Source: a bacterium (GTDB lineage: Bacteria > UBA8248). From it: DNA of 64,000 nt. The stretch lies in assembly GCA_965200245.1 (NCBI GenBank), contig CBDATS010000004.1, positions 736,001 through 800,000 of the forward strand, read 5' to 3'. Positions 41,093-51,072 of this stretch are shown here, in pieces. Position 1 is the stretch's first letter; each line of letters opens with the position of its first letter. A model generated the notes under the pieces. The model worked only from the letters and a program-made list of their open reading frames with translations, ran no database searches and was not told where the DNA came from. The position numbers and the translations under genes are program-made.

Positions 41093-41439
41093 TCGAGTGC
41101 TCCCCGGCGCCACTCGTAGATCAGGCTGGCCACCAGCAAAGCCATGAAAGGCAAGATGGCGAGAAATCCGTATACGCCGAGACTTTTCAGGTTCACCGCC
41201 CACGGATAGAGGAAGATAGTCTCCACGTCGAAGACGATGAACAGTATCGCCACAAGAAAGAATTTCACGCTGAAACGGCCGCGCGCGTTCGACTGCGGCA
41301 CAATGCCGCACTCATAGGCGAAGTCCTTCTCCACCGTGGACTTGCGCCTGCCGAGCAGAAACGTCACGCCCAGATTCATAATGGCGAACCCGACAGCCAG
41401 CGCTATCAGAATCAATATGGGCACATACTCTTCCGGCAT
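41083..41439 (-). CDS. nuoA: NADH-quinone oxidoreductase subunit A (operon 1)
   Basis: [24 protein letters not shown]. Confidence 0.94.
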   Translation of the reverse strand: MPEEYVPILILIALAVGFAIMNLGVTFLLGRRKSTVEKDFAYECGIVPQSNARGRFSVKFFLVAILFIVFDVETIFLYPWAVNLKSLGVYGFLAILPFMALLVASLIYEWRRGALEWD

Positions 41440-41748
41440 TTTCCGCCCCCACGGCGCCCGCAAGCGCTCTCCCGGCCATATTGCTGAGGATATCAAACCG
41501 AACGCATCTTACGGCTGGCATCCCATGGTGTCAACAATTCCAGCCGCCATGCGCCCTGTCCCGCAAAACACGGCCCGGCCAAAGGGGCTCTCATCACGCA
41601 CCTTCAACAGCTTACAGGCATTTTTATATTTTCTCGTCCGGGGAAATGGGGTATTTTGCATTGTTGCTACCTGTCGCCGGGAAGAGTGGCGCAACCTGCC
41701 CGGACACCTGAAGCGTCGTATCGCCGTGCGGACGTGAGGATCTGAGCC

Positions 41749-42879
41749 ATGAACGAACCGAATCCGATAATCAAGGCGCGCCTCAACGCCCTGAGACACG
41801 ATTTCGAGGAGTTGGCACCGTTCCAGGTGGGCTATCCCTGCAACCAGGATTTCAATTATTCGGATTTGATGCCCTTTCTGGAATACACCTTCAACAATGT
41901 GGGCGACCCTTTTCACGACAGCAATTTCCGCAGCAACACGCACGATGTGGAGCGTGAGGTCATCGCCCGGTTCGCTTCCCTGATGCATCTCGAACAGGAG
42001 CAGAGTTGGGGCTACGTCACCTCCGGGGGAACCGAGGGCAACATGTACGGCATTTATATGGGGCGCGAACTTTTCCCGAACGGCATGGTCTATTTCTCCC
42101 AGGACACACACTACAGCGTCCTCAAGATCCTGCGCGTCCTGAACGTGCGCAACATCATGATCAAAAGCCAGGAGAACGGAGAGATCGACTACGAGGATCT
42201 CCGCGAGACCATCCGTATCCACCGTGACGTTCCTGTCATCCTCATGGCGAACATCGGCACGACGATGAAAGGCGCCGTGGACAACATGGACAAGGTGCGG
42301 GACATTCTGGATGACCTGGCGATCACGAACGCCTACATCCACGCAGACGCTGCCCTGAGCGGCATGATTCTGCCCTTCGTAGAGGATCCGCAACCCTACG
42401 GGTTCAACGCGGGCTTCGACAGCGTCTCCATCAGCGGCCACAAGCTTATCGGCTGTCCACTGCCCTGCGGCGTCGTGCTGACGAGGCGCGATTACGTGGC
42501 GCGCATCGCCCGTTCGATAGAATACGTGGGCGTGCTAGACACCACGCTGTCCGGCTCGCGCAACGCGCTGACGCCGCTTATGCTCTGGTACGCCCTCGAG
42601 CGCTACGGGATGGACGGATTCAGTGAACTCGTGAAGGGGATGCTGGCGGTCGCCGAATACGCGGTCGAGCGCTTCCAGGAGTTCGGGGTCCCCGCATGGC
42701 GCAACAGGAACTCGGTGACTGTCGTCTTCCCCAGGCCTCCGAGCGAGGTATCGCGCAAGTGGCAAATCGCCCCGCTGGGAGACATCGCCCACCTCATCAC
42801 CATGCCGCACGTCACGCGCGGGATGATCAACGAGTTCGTCGACGACTACGTGAAGCAAAAGCACAGGCAAACTGCCTGA
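41749..42879 (+). CDS. hdc: PLP-dependent histidine decarboxylase-like (group II) enzyme
   Basis: GYPCNQDF, NNVGDPF..SN, WGYVTSGGTEGN, THYSV.K, HADAALSG, SISGHK (PLP lysine). Confidence 0.85.
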   Translation: MNEPNPIIKARLNALRHDFEELAPFQVGYPCNQDFNYSDLMPFLEYTFNNVGDPFHDSNFRSNTHDVEREVIARFASLMHLEQEQSWGYVTSGGTEGNMYGIYMGRELFPNGMVYFSQDTHYSVLKILRVLNVRNIMIKSQENGEIDYEDLRETIRIHRDVPVILMANIGTTMKGAVDNMDKVRDILDDLAITNAYIHADAALSGMILPFVEDPQPYGFNAGFDSVSISGHKLIGCPLPCGVVLTRRDYVARIARSIEYVGVLDTTLSGSRNALTPLMLWYALERYGMDGFSELVKGMLAVAEYAVERFQEFGVPAWRNRNSVTVVFPRPPSEVSRKWQIAPLGDIAHLITMPHVTRGMINEFVDDYVKQKHRQTA

Positions 42880-42891
42880 GGAGGTTGCCGG

Positions 42892-43284
42892 ATGAATCGA
42901 ATCATCATCACGGTGCGCGATGAGGTCGGCGTCATCGCGGACATCAGCAAGGTGCTGGCCGATGAGAACATCAACATCGAAGCCCTGAACACAGAGGTTG
43001 CAGGCGAGAAGGGTGTCGTCATTCTCACCACGAACGAGTCAGACCGCGCCCTGCATGTACTGATGAGCGCGGGCTTTCGGGCAGTCACCGATGAAGCGAC
43101 GGTCATCAGGCTGCGCGACGAGCCCGGTGCCCTCGCCAGGGTGGCCGAGAAATTCAAGGTCGCGGGCGTGAACATCCAGAGCATGCACATTCTGAATCGC
43201 CACGCCGGCTACGCGAACGTCGCTCTCACCACCGATGATGAAACGAAAGCAAAAGTGTTGCTGGAAGGCCAGGAGGTTCTCTGA
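42892..43284 (+). CDS. tandem ACT-domain protein
   Basis: Two ACT repeats: DEVGVIADISKVLADENINI and DEPGALARVAEKFKVAGVNI. Confidence 0.85.
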   Translation: MNRIIITVRDEVGVIADISKVLADENINIEALNTEVAGEKGVVILTTNESDRALHVLMSAGFRAVTDEATVIRLRDEPGALARVAEKFKVAGVNIQSMHILNRHAGYANVALTTDDETKAKVLLEGQEVL

Positions 43285-43620
43285 GGATTCCGGGGAGGGA
43301 ACGCCCGACTCTGCAGGGACAGGTCGCAACCATGATTTTCGAATCCGCAACAGACCTGGCTGAAGTCTACCGGCAATCGCGGAATGACGACCCAAGAGCA
43401 AAGATATGGGATTTCCACGGGAAAGTCGACAAACCATGGAAAAATACTCGACACAAACAGGGAGATATTGAAAACAAAAGCATTGACAACTTCTAGTGCA
43501 TCCCAAACGACCAGAAAGCGAACGGAGGAGGCATAAATCCATTCCTGTGGATCCGCGCCGGTTTTGCAGGGGCTGTTCGCGAACGACCCCTGCGGCCTGC
43601 TGCATCTCCCCGCAAGTCAC

Positions 43621-44490
43621 TTATCCCGCCAGTATCAGCAAGACGATTCCCGCCAGAATCACCACGCCTCCCAGCAAGGTTTCGCGGACTCGCTCGCGCT
43701 CCCTGAAGAACACATAACCTATGGCGATGGCCAGGAGAATCTCGACCTGTTTCACCGATTCCACGTAGGAAGTGAGCGTGAGACGATACGCCTCCGCCTG
43801 CGAGAGGCTCGTAATGAAGGCGAACAGCCCCAAAGACACGAAGCCTTTCCAGAGTCTGGGCGCTTTCCGGAAGTGCCCGGCGGACTTCCAGACAGTGAGC
43901 GGCAACACGACAAGCGACGCCACCGCATAGGTGGCAAACGTGCCGAAGGTGGCATCCGAGAGCACCGCCGCCTGCTTGAAGGTGATCACCGAGGGCGCAT
44001 ACAGCAACGAGGCGAGTATCGTATAGCGCATCCCCTTGTCGGTAAACAGTGTGCGGACGGGCTCGAACCAGCCGATTCGCGCGCGCGAGACGTTCAGCCC
44101 GTAGACACCCACCAAGGTGACAATGATACCAACAAGCCCCCAGGCGGAGGGCGTCTCGCCCAGCGTGACGAATGCGAGCACGACCAGCCAGATGGTCGCG
44201 AGTTTCCACAGCGAGGTCACCACCCCCATCGATCCGTAGAGGAGCGCCTTCGAGAGCGAGAGCGTGGCCGAAGTCTGCAGGAAACCGAACAGCAGACACA
44301 TCCACCAGAAGCCGGGCTTTATCTCGGGTACACCCCTCATCCACACCGCCAGGGCAGCGAAGGGGAGCAGGAACGCGAACCGCCCCAGCACGTTGATGTA
44401 TTCATCGAGTTGATGGCCTATGGATTTCATCGCCGCGTTCCTGAGCACCTGCGCAAGAGCCGCTATAACGGCGAGCGTCACCCAGTCCAT
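43621..44490 (-). CDS. EamA/DMT family transporter
   Basis: About 10 hydrophobic segments in two repeats (LGETPS; FFRERE); GGAG RBS before ATG 44490. Confidence 0.85.
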   Translation of the reverse strand: MDWVTLAVIAALAQVLRNAAMKSIGHQLDEYINVLGRFAFLLPFAALAVWMRGVPEIKPGFWWMCLLFGFLQTSATLSLSKALLYGSMGVVTSLWKLATIWLVVLAFVTLGETPSAWGLVGIIVTLVGVYGLNVSRARIGWFEPVRTLFTDKGMRYTILASLLYAPSVITFKQAAVLSDATFGTFATYAVASLVVLPLTVWKSAGHFRKAPRLWKGFVSLGLFAFITSLSQAEAYRLTLTSYVESVKQVEILLAIAIGYVFFRERERVRETLLGGVVILAGIVLLILAG

Positions 44491-44694
44491 GTCCTGCTCC
44501 TCCAGCGTGCGAAAAGCCAGGGCCATTTCTACGCGCACTTCCCAGGCAAGTCCAACGACGACAGGGTTTCACCGGGTTTTCGCGCAAAGGTCCCACCCGA
44601 AGCGTCGTCCGAAACTCCTCCCCCGTCTGACACGGCGGTGTGCGGTATGCTAGTCTGGTGTTGGTAATTCTATCCCCGGGCAGGAGACTGGCGC

Positions 44695-45723
44695 ATGATT
44701 CGCGACGATGTATTCGTCTTCGACAACGTGGTGCACATGTATGACTACTCGGACGAGAACCTCGTCTCCGGGAAAAGCGAATACGATCGCAACTATCACG
44801 TGAGCAAGGTGCTTCGCAGGAGGCGAACCGCGCCGACGGACATCTACGCCGGCTGGGATCCGGTGGAGGGCTTCAAGCGTCGCTGGAACGTGGAGGACAT
44901 GGGACGCCTCGTCTTTGAGGATTCCGGCACCGATATGGCGATGGCCCAGGCCGTGCCCCTGTTCGATCTGTACAAGGACGGCTTTGCGCCCGTGAAGGCG
45001 CAGTACGCCTTCACGCAGGCCTTCCCCGAACGCTGCCTGTTCTGCGGAGCCGTGGACCCCATGTACCCGAGCGTAGCCGCAGCCTGCGAGGAGATGGAAC
45101 GCCAGGTGAAGGAATGGGGGGCGAAATCCATCAAAATCTACAATGCCCACGTGGACGGAAAATCCTGGGCGTGCGACGACCCTGAAATCGCATACCCCCT
45201 TTACGAGAAAGGGCGAGAACTCGGTATCGAGGTGTTCCAGTTCCACAAGGGGAATCCTATCACGAGGGCGAAACTGCGCGACCTGTCCCCGCTCGACATT
45301 GAGGGCGCGGCGCTTGATTTTCCCGATCTGCTCTTCGGCGTTCACCATCTGGCGGTACCCTACTTCGAGGAAGTCGTCTGGATGGCAAATCGTTATGAAA
45401 ACGTCTTTCTCGTGCTCTCGGGCATCGGCCACACACCCATGGTCGCGCCCAGAACCTTCACAGAATGGATGGGCAGGTTGCTGCGCGACGTGGGTTCCGA
45501 AAGAATCCTCTGGGGTTCCGAAATGGCGCTTCTCGGGAACGCGAGGCCCGTCCTCGAGTGGATATGGGAGATGGAAATCCCTGAATCCATGCAGGACGAC
45601 TACGGCTACCCGCAAATCACCGAGTTGGACAAGCGCAACATCCTGGGACTTAACCAGGCGCGCATTTTCGGCGTGGATGTGGAGGCCAAGAAACAGGAAC
45701 TCTGGAACGGAGGCGCGCGATGA
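44695..45723 (+). CDS. amidohydrolase_2 family protein
   Basis: VFDNVVHMYD, SIKIYNA, QFHKG, VHHL, RILWGSE, KRNILGLNQAR. Confidence 0.85.
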   Translation: MIRDDVFVFDNVVHMYDYSDENLVSGKSEYDRNYHVSKVLRRRRTAPTDIYAGWDPVEGFKRRWNVEDMGRLVFEDSGTDMAMAQAVPLFDLYKDGFAPVKAQYAFTQAFPERCLFCGAVDPMYPSVAAACEEMERQVKEWGAKSIKIYNAHVDGKSWACDDPEIAYPLYEKGRELGIEVFQFHKGNPITRAKLRDLSPLDIEGAALDFPDLLFGVHHLAVPYFEEVVWMANRYENVFLVLSGIGHTPMVAPRTFTEWMGRLLRDVGSERILWGSEMALLGNARPVLEWIWEMEIPESMQDDYGYPQITELDKRNILGLNQARIFGVDVEAKKQELWNGGAR

Positions 45724-46058
45724 ACGAGTACGAAGCCCTCGTCACCGATGTCCAAGACATCATCGAGACGCAGATTCACCCGCTGCTCAAGATTCACGGC
45801 GGCGGTATCACGCTCAAGGGCGTGAGCGAGAAGGGCGAGGTCGCGCTTCGCTTCGAGGGTGCGTGCCGGGGCTGCATGCTGAAGAGCGTCACCTACGCCC
45901 TGGGCGTACGTCAAAAGCTCATGCAGCACCCGGGCGTCACGGATGTCTCTGTCGAGGGTGTGCGCCTTTCGGATCACGCCATCAAACGGGTGGAGAAATT
46001 CTACTCCGGCTATTCGTTTTGGGTGGGGGATCCGCTCAAAGACCAGTCATCGTCTTGA
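45720..46058 (+). CDS. NifU/NfuA C-terminal domain protein
   Basis: IHPLLKIHGGGI...FEGACRGC; ATGA overlap with the amidohydrolase. Confidence 0.85.
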   Translation: MNEYEALVTDVQDIIETQIHPLLKIHGGGITLKGVSEKGEVALRFEGACRGCMLKSVTYALGVRQKLMQHPGVTDVSVEGVRLSDHAIKRVEKFYSGYSFWVGDPLKDQSSS

Positions 46059-47365
46059 TCGCCTCGCGCTACCAGACACGAAAAGAACTGCGCCTGTGGT
46101 ACGGATGGGTGATCCTCCTCGCCGTCTTCATCATCATGGCGGTGACCATCGGCATCCGAAACTCCATCGGTGTCTTCTTCAAGGACATCTCCGGCGAATT
46201 CGGCTGGAACCGTGCGCAGACAGCCGCTGCCTTCACGATGGGCATGCTCGGCCAGGCGGTGGTTGCCCCCTTCGCGGGCTGGGTGCTCGAGCGCTTCAAC
46301 ATGCGCTGGGTTATCGGGGCGGGCATTTTCATGAACGGAACGGTGCTCATATTCGGAGCCTGTATCGGCGCGCTATGGCATTTTTACGCCATGTATTTTC
46401 TCCTCTCCGTGGGTTTCGCCTTCACGGCCAATCTGCCGCAGGTACAACTGCTCTCGAACTGGTTCGTCCTGAAACGGGGATTGGCGATGGGCTTCTCGCA
46501 CGCCGCCCAGGGCTTTGCACCCATTCTCAACATCTTTACCCCCCTGCTCATCGCGAGCCTCGGCTGGCGGGGGAGCTATCTCGCGCTGGCGGGACTGACG
46601 CTGCTGATCGTGCTGCCGTTCGCCCTGTTACTGCTGCGCGACCACCCCAGAGAGAAGCGCAGCGCACCCGACGCGCCCTTTCTGACGCCCGAGGAGTTCT
46701 CGCGTGCCCGCGTCAGGGCCGCCGTCATCGTTCCTGCAGGCAGAGAAAGGGAAACCACCTCCCTCTCTTTTTTCTTCACCCGCAGGTTCATGCTGATCGG
46801 AGGCATTTACGGCAGCATCGCGTATACCTTCACCGCTGTTCTGGTGCACCTGGTTCCCCATGCGACGGATCAGGGTTTTTCCCTTTCGGGGGGTGCAGCG
46901 CTCTTCGCCCTCTATGGAGCGTCCCTCGCCGCGGGAAACGCGTTGAGTGCGATTTCGGATCGCATCGGAAGGCTCCCCACCTACATGGTGGGCGTGATAT
47001 GCGGTGTGGCATCCTGTTATCTTCTCGCCTCCTTCACGCGCGAATCGCCCGAGTGGCACATATATGCGAGCACCATGGGAGTGGGTTTCGCTCTCGGTTT
47101 CGTCCGGCCTACGGCGTCCTCCCTCCTGGCCGATCATTTCGCGGGACCGGGCTTCGGCCTAGTGAACGGATGCGCGATGATGGTCTTCTCCCTGGTGGGT
47201 GCCCTAGGTCCCTGGGTAACGGGAATGCTCTTCGACGCGAGCGGGAACTATTTAACAGGTTTTCTCCTGGTGGGCGGCATGTTTGTCGCGGGCGCGATTT
47301 TCGTCCTGAACCTCTCGCGCATACCGCGCGAAGCGCGTAGCCAAGGCGCTGAAAACCATGCATAG
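46055..47365 (+). CDS. MFS transporter (MCT/OFA-like)
   Basis: TTG start overlapping the nifU stop; WYGW, NWFVLKRGLAMG, SDRIGR; about 12 TM. Confidence 0.88.
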   Translation: MIASRYQTRKELRLWYGWVILLAVFIIMAVTIGIRNSIGVFFKDISGEFGWNRAQTAAAFTMGMLGQAVVAPFAGWVLERFNMRWVIGAGIFMNGTVLIFGACIGALWHFYAMYFLLSVGFAFTANLPQVQLLSNWFVLKRGLAMGFSHAAQGFAPILNIFTPLLIASLGWRGSYLALAGLTLLIVLPFALLLLRDHPREKRSAPDAPFLTPEEFSRARVRAAVIVPAGRERETTSLSFFFTRRFMLIGGIYGSIAYTFTAVLVHLVPHATDQGFSLSGGAALFALYGASLAAGNALSAISDRIGRLPTYMVGVICGVASCYLLASFTRESPEWHIYASTMGVGFALGFVRPTASSLLADHFAGPGFGLVNGCAMMVFSLVGALGPWVTGMLFDASGNYLTGFLLVGGMFVAGAIFVLNLSRIPREARSQGAENHA

Positions 47366-48617
47366 CGAATCGCGCTTCTGGTACGGCTGGGTGGTGCTGG
47401 CCGTAGTCTATCTCGTCATGATCTCGCTCATCGCCTTTCGCGCCACAATAGGACCCTTCTTCAAGGAAATCTCGGGCGAACTCGGCTGGAGCCGGGGGGC
47501 GACGGCGGCCGCCTTTTCCATCGGGATGCTGGCCCAGGCGGTCATCTCGCCGCTTGCGGGCATTCTCTCCGACCGCTGGAGCATCCGGGCAACGATGTCG
47601 GCGGGCGTCGTGGTGTTCGGCCTCTCCTTGCTTATCGGGAGCCAAATCACATCGCTTTGGCACTTTTACCTGATGTACATCGGCCTTTGTGCGGGTTTCG
47701 CCGCGGGCACGTGGGTCGCCCAGGTGCCCACGCTCTCGAACTGGTTCGTGAAAAAGAGAGGCCTCGCCTTGGGAATCGCCAACACCTGCCAAGGAGGCGC
47801 ATTCTGCCTGAACATCGCTACACCGTACCTCATCGCGGCCCTGGGATGGCGAATGAGCTACCTCGCGCTGGCGGGCGTGGTCCTGCTCTTCGTGCTGCCC
47901 ATCTGCATCGTCTTTCACAGGGACCATCCATCGGACAAGGACACCATCGCCGATGCGCCCTTCGTCCATCACACGCTGGATGAACAACCTCCGGAACCCC
48001 CGCCTACATCATCCGGCACTCCGCAAGTCCCCCTGTTCAACCTGTCGTTTTTCTTTTTCCTGGGTTCTTTCCTGCCTATGGCCTACGCCTTCGCGGGCAT
48101 GCTCGTTCATCTGGTGCCCCACGCCACCGACCAGGGCTTCTCGCTCGAAACCGCGAGTGTCATTTTCGCCATATGGGGGTTCTGCCAAGTGGGAGCGAAC
48201 CTCATAAGCCCGGTCTCGGACAGGCTCGGCAGGACGCCGACGTTCCTGATCGGCGTGGCGCTCGGAATCGCCTCCGCTCTGATTCTCGCCACCTACGAGA
48301 AGGGCGACCCCCAGATGCGCTTCTACCTGGGCGCGATAACCAATGGCGCTGCCCTGGGACTCATGCGGCCAACCGGATCAGCCATCCTGGCAGATTACTT
48401 CGAGGGTCCGGGCTTCGGGCGCGTGAATGGGGTGGCGATGATGGCGTTCGCCCTTTGGGGTTCGGCAGGGCCATGGACCACGGGCTTTCTCTTCGACATG
48501 CACGGCTCCTACCTTTGGGGCCTGTCGGCCTTCGCGTTCATGTTCTTCCTCTCCGGCGTCTTCGTCCTGTTGCTCGGCTGGACGAAAAGAGATAGGAGAG
48601 AGATGTCATCCACCTGA
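47358..48617 (+). CDS. MFS transporter, paralog of the preceding gene
   Basis: WYGW, NWFVKKRGLALG, LVHLVPHATDQGFS shared with the upstream MFS. Confidence 0.9.
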   Translation: MHSESRFWYGWVVLAVVYLVMISLIAFRATIGPFFKEISGELGWSRGATAAAFSIGMLAQAVISPLAGILSDRWSIRATMSAGVVVFGLSLLIGSQITSLWHFYLMYIGLCAGFAAGTWVAQVPTLSNWFVKKRGLALGIANTCQGGAFCLNIATPYLIAALGWRMSYLALAGVVLLFVLPICIVFHRDHPSDKDTIADAPFVHHTLDEQPPEPPPTSSGTPQVPLFNLSFFFFLGSFLPMAYAFAGMLVHLVPHATDQGFSLETASVIFAIWGFCQVGANLISPVSDRLGRTPTFLIGVALGIASALILATYEKGDPQMRFYLGAITNGAALGLMRPTGSAILADYFEGPGFGRVNGVAMMAFALWGSAGPWTTGFLFDMHGSYLWGLSAFAFMFFLSGVFVLLLGWTKRDRREMSST

Positions 48618-48646
48618 AATACAGAAACACGAATTCAGGAGTGAAC

Positions 48647-49567
48647 ATGCCGGTCGAAAAAGTCGATGGATTCTACTTTCACCCCACTTCGCGCGAGCGC
48701 GTCCTGGCGCAGCGCCATGCCAATCCGGCCAGGACGCCGTGGATGCCGATGGAAAAACCACTCGCAGAGTGCAAGGTCACCCTGGTGTCCACTGCCGGTA
48801 TCTTCATGAAGGGCGACGAGTCGTTCGACTACGAGAGAGAACGCCGTGAGGGCACATGGGGAGATCCTACCCACCGGGAAATTCCCAGGACGGCGGGCCA
48901 GGACGATGTACAGTATTCGCACCTGCACGTCGACACCTCGTTCATGGCCGAGGACAGGAACGTATCCTGGCCGGTCGACGTTTTCCTCGAGTTCGAGAGA
49001 GGGGGAAAAATCGGTGCACTCGCCGAAATGCTCTATTCCATCATGGGCTACATCCCGAATTTCAATCCCCTGGTGAAGCACACCGCGCCCTTGATGATCG
49101 AGAAGATGAGAGAAGAGGGTGTGGACGCGGCTTTTCTCTATCCGGTCTGACCTCTGTGCAACCGGTCCGGCGGACTGCTTCAGCGCGAAATCGAAAAGGC
49201 GGGAATCGCCACTGTCATCATCTCCAACGTGCCCGAAACCACCGAACGCGTCTGTGTCCCCAGGGCCGTTTTCGTCCAGTATCCCTTCGGGCGGCTGTTG
49301 GGCGTCGTGGGCGATTACGCAGGCCAGCGCAGGATTTGCGAGGACATGGCCGCGCTGCTCGAAGAAGCGGACGCACCCAACACCTACCGACATCTGCCGT
49401 ATGAGTGGCCCGAATCGCCAGAGACCACCAAATGGCGTCCGGACGTCCCCCCGCCCATCTTCGCCATCCGCCAGGCCAAGGAAGGCGGGTACGAACTGAT
49501 GGATGACTTCAGGGACGAAGAACGCGCCGCGTATTCCGATTCGGGAAGCCAGGCGAGCGCATGCTGA
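48647..49567 (+). CDS. GrdB/PrdB-family reductase selenoprotein (306 aa; Sec168 at TGA 49148-49150)
   Basis: ORFs 48641-49150 and 49229-49567 are in the same frame; read-through gives LYPV-U-PLCNRSGGLLQREIEKAGIATV (UxxC); upstream KVTLVSTAG and DRNVSWPVD family motifs. Confidence 0.88.
49147..49183 (+). promoter_or_regulatory. candidate bacterial SECIS hairpin
   Basis: CGGUCC-GGC-GGACUG upper stem (49163-49177) with a G-rich loop starting 18 nt after UGA; CUGA/UCAG can form a lower stem. Folded by eye. Confidence 0.55.
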
Positions 49568-49589
49568 CTTCTGCGCACCGCCTGCAAGA

Positions 49590-50999
49590 CTACGCCTTCT
49601 CCAACCTAGCGAAATCGAGGTAAAACCGTCCGTCCACCTCAGATCGCAACAGCGTCTGCGTGAAATCTTTCGATTCTATCCGGTAGATCCGCTCTTCACC
49701 TCTTCCTTTCGAGACGTTCGTGAGTGTCTCTCCATCAAGGCCGCCGGGCACTCTCTTCCCCGTCAGGGAGAGTATGGTGGGGGCCAGGTCTGTATTTCCC
49801 GTCGGTGCGTCTACCCGCGCGCCCGCCTGAAATTCGGGGCCTTTCGCAATCAGGAAATTGCGAAGTTCATAGGGACTGCAAGAACCGTGCGTTCCGCCGC
49901 ATCCCTTGTTGTTGACAGAGGAATATCCCCAACCGGGGAGCGCACCCTCACGGTTCCCGTCCTCCGGGAAACCATCGCCCCACTGAAAGCCCATAAGCAA
50001 ATCGGGCGCGCGAGGTCCGCCACAGCCGACCAGGCCCAGGGGCATCACGCCCGGCAAGGCTCCCCGGGCGCCTTCTCCATCTTTCGAGAACAATGGCCCC
50101 GCCCATTCTTTCGTCCGTAGAAACGCAGCGATCTCCAGAAGCGCTTTTTCCGATTTGGCATAGAAAAGGGCGGCCCCCTCGCTGTGCGCCGCCTGCCAGA
50201 TATTCCCTCGGCCGGAGATGTCCGCCAGTTCCGCATCCAGGTCGATCATACTTGTCGTCGCAACGACCCCATGATCCGAGAACAGGAGAAGGTTTGTTTC
50301 TGACCAATCGTCTCGCTGCGCCTGAAACTTCTCCCAGAACGCGCCGAACAGACTATCCACTCCATGAAGTGCCTGGTGATGCACGGTACCCGCGGTGCCC
50401 CGGTGATGCTGCGTGCTGTCCGGCTCGCTCAGATGAATGACGAGCACCGCGGGTTCCAGTTCGGGAACCACGTAATCGAGCGCCAGGTCGAGCGCCCATG
50501 CGCAGCGCGGAAGGTCCGGTTCGGCACCGGAGGGGACTGTTCCGGCCTCCTCTATCGTGTCCCGCCCCTCGGCGGGATACGCCGCAACGGGATGAATCAA
50601 GTGCGCGGCGTGACCTGCGTTCCAGAGCCACGCGGAACCACTCGACGCGGTGCTGATGATCACGCCGCCGCCCACGCGCTCGAAAAAGGTATCCCGCAAC
50701 AGCAGGCGCCCGCCCATGGCGCGCTCCCAGGCGAGGAGGTTCTCGTGCCGACCCGTCGTGATGGTTCGGCCCAACTCGCGCGAGAAGAGCGAATTGCCCG
50801 GAAGACCATGCTTTTCAGGGTAGACGCCTGTGGCAAGGCTTGAGACGCAAACTCTCGTAGAGGTGGGAAACGTGCTGCGGTGATTCTGAAACCATGTGCC
50901 GCGCTCCGCCACCGCCATCAGGTTCGGCGCGCTCTGTTCGCTCAGGGCATCGGCGCGCAGGCCATCGAACTGAATCGCTATCACACGAGGCGAGGCCAT
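49590..50999 (-). CDS. alkaline phosphatase superfamily protein (NPP/phosphonoacetate hydrolase-like)
   Basis: QFDGLRAD, FPTSTRV, EPDSTQH, FSDHG, GTHGS. Confidence 0.88.
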   Translation of the reverse strand: MASPRVIAIQFDGLRADALSEQSAPNLMAVAERGTWFQNHRSTFPTSTRVCVSSLATGVYPEKHGLPGNSLFSRELGRTITTGRHENLLAWERAMGGRLLLRDTFFERVGGGVIISTASSGSAWLWNAGHAAHLIHPVAAYPAEGRDTIEEAGTVPSGAEPDLPRCAWALDLALDYVVPELEPAVLVIHLSEPDSTQHHRGTAGTVHHQALHGVDSLFGAFWEKFQAQRDDWSETNLLLFSDHGVVATTSMIDLDAELADISGRGNIWQAAHSEGAALFYAKSEKALLEIAAFLRTKEWAGPLFSKDGEGARGALPGVMPLGLVGCGGPRAPDLLMGFQWGDGFPEDGNREGALPGWGYSSVNNKGCGGTHGSCSPYELRNFLIAKGPEFQAGARVDAPTGNTDLAPTILSLTGKRVPGGLDGETLTNVSKGRGEERIYRIESKDFTQTLLRSEVDGRFYLDFARLEKA

Positions 51000-51014
51000 C
51001 CGCTTTCCATCCCG

Positions 51015-51051
51015 AAAAAAAGCGGCGGGGGTTTGTTTCTGCCCCCGCCGC
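51015..51051 (-). terminator. rho-independent terminator after the hydratase alpha gene
   Basis: Perfect 10-bp stem gcggcggggg/cccccgccgc followed by U7 on the minus strand. Confidence 0.8.
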
Positions 51052-51072
51052 AATCAAATGAACGGTCTGTCG

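Noticed and set aside
45143-47365. 740-aa ORF suggesting a large N-terminally extended MFS fusion
   Set aside because: The first ~300 codons overlap the amidohydrolase and nifU genes in another frame; the MFS starts at TTG 46055.
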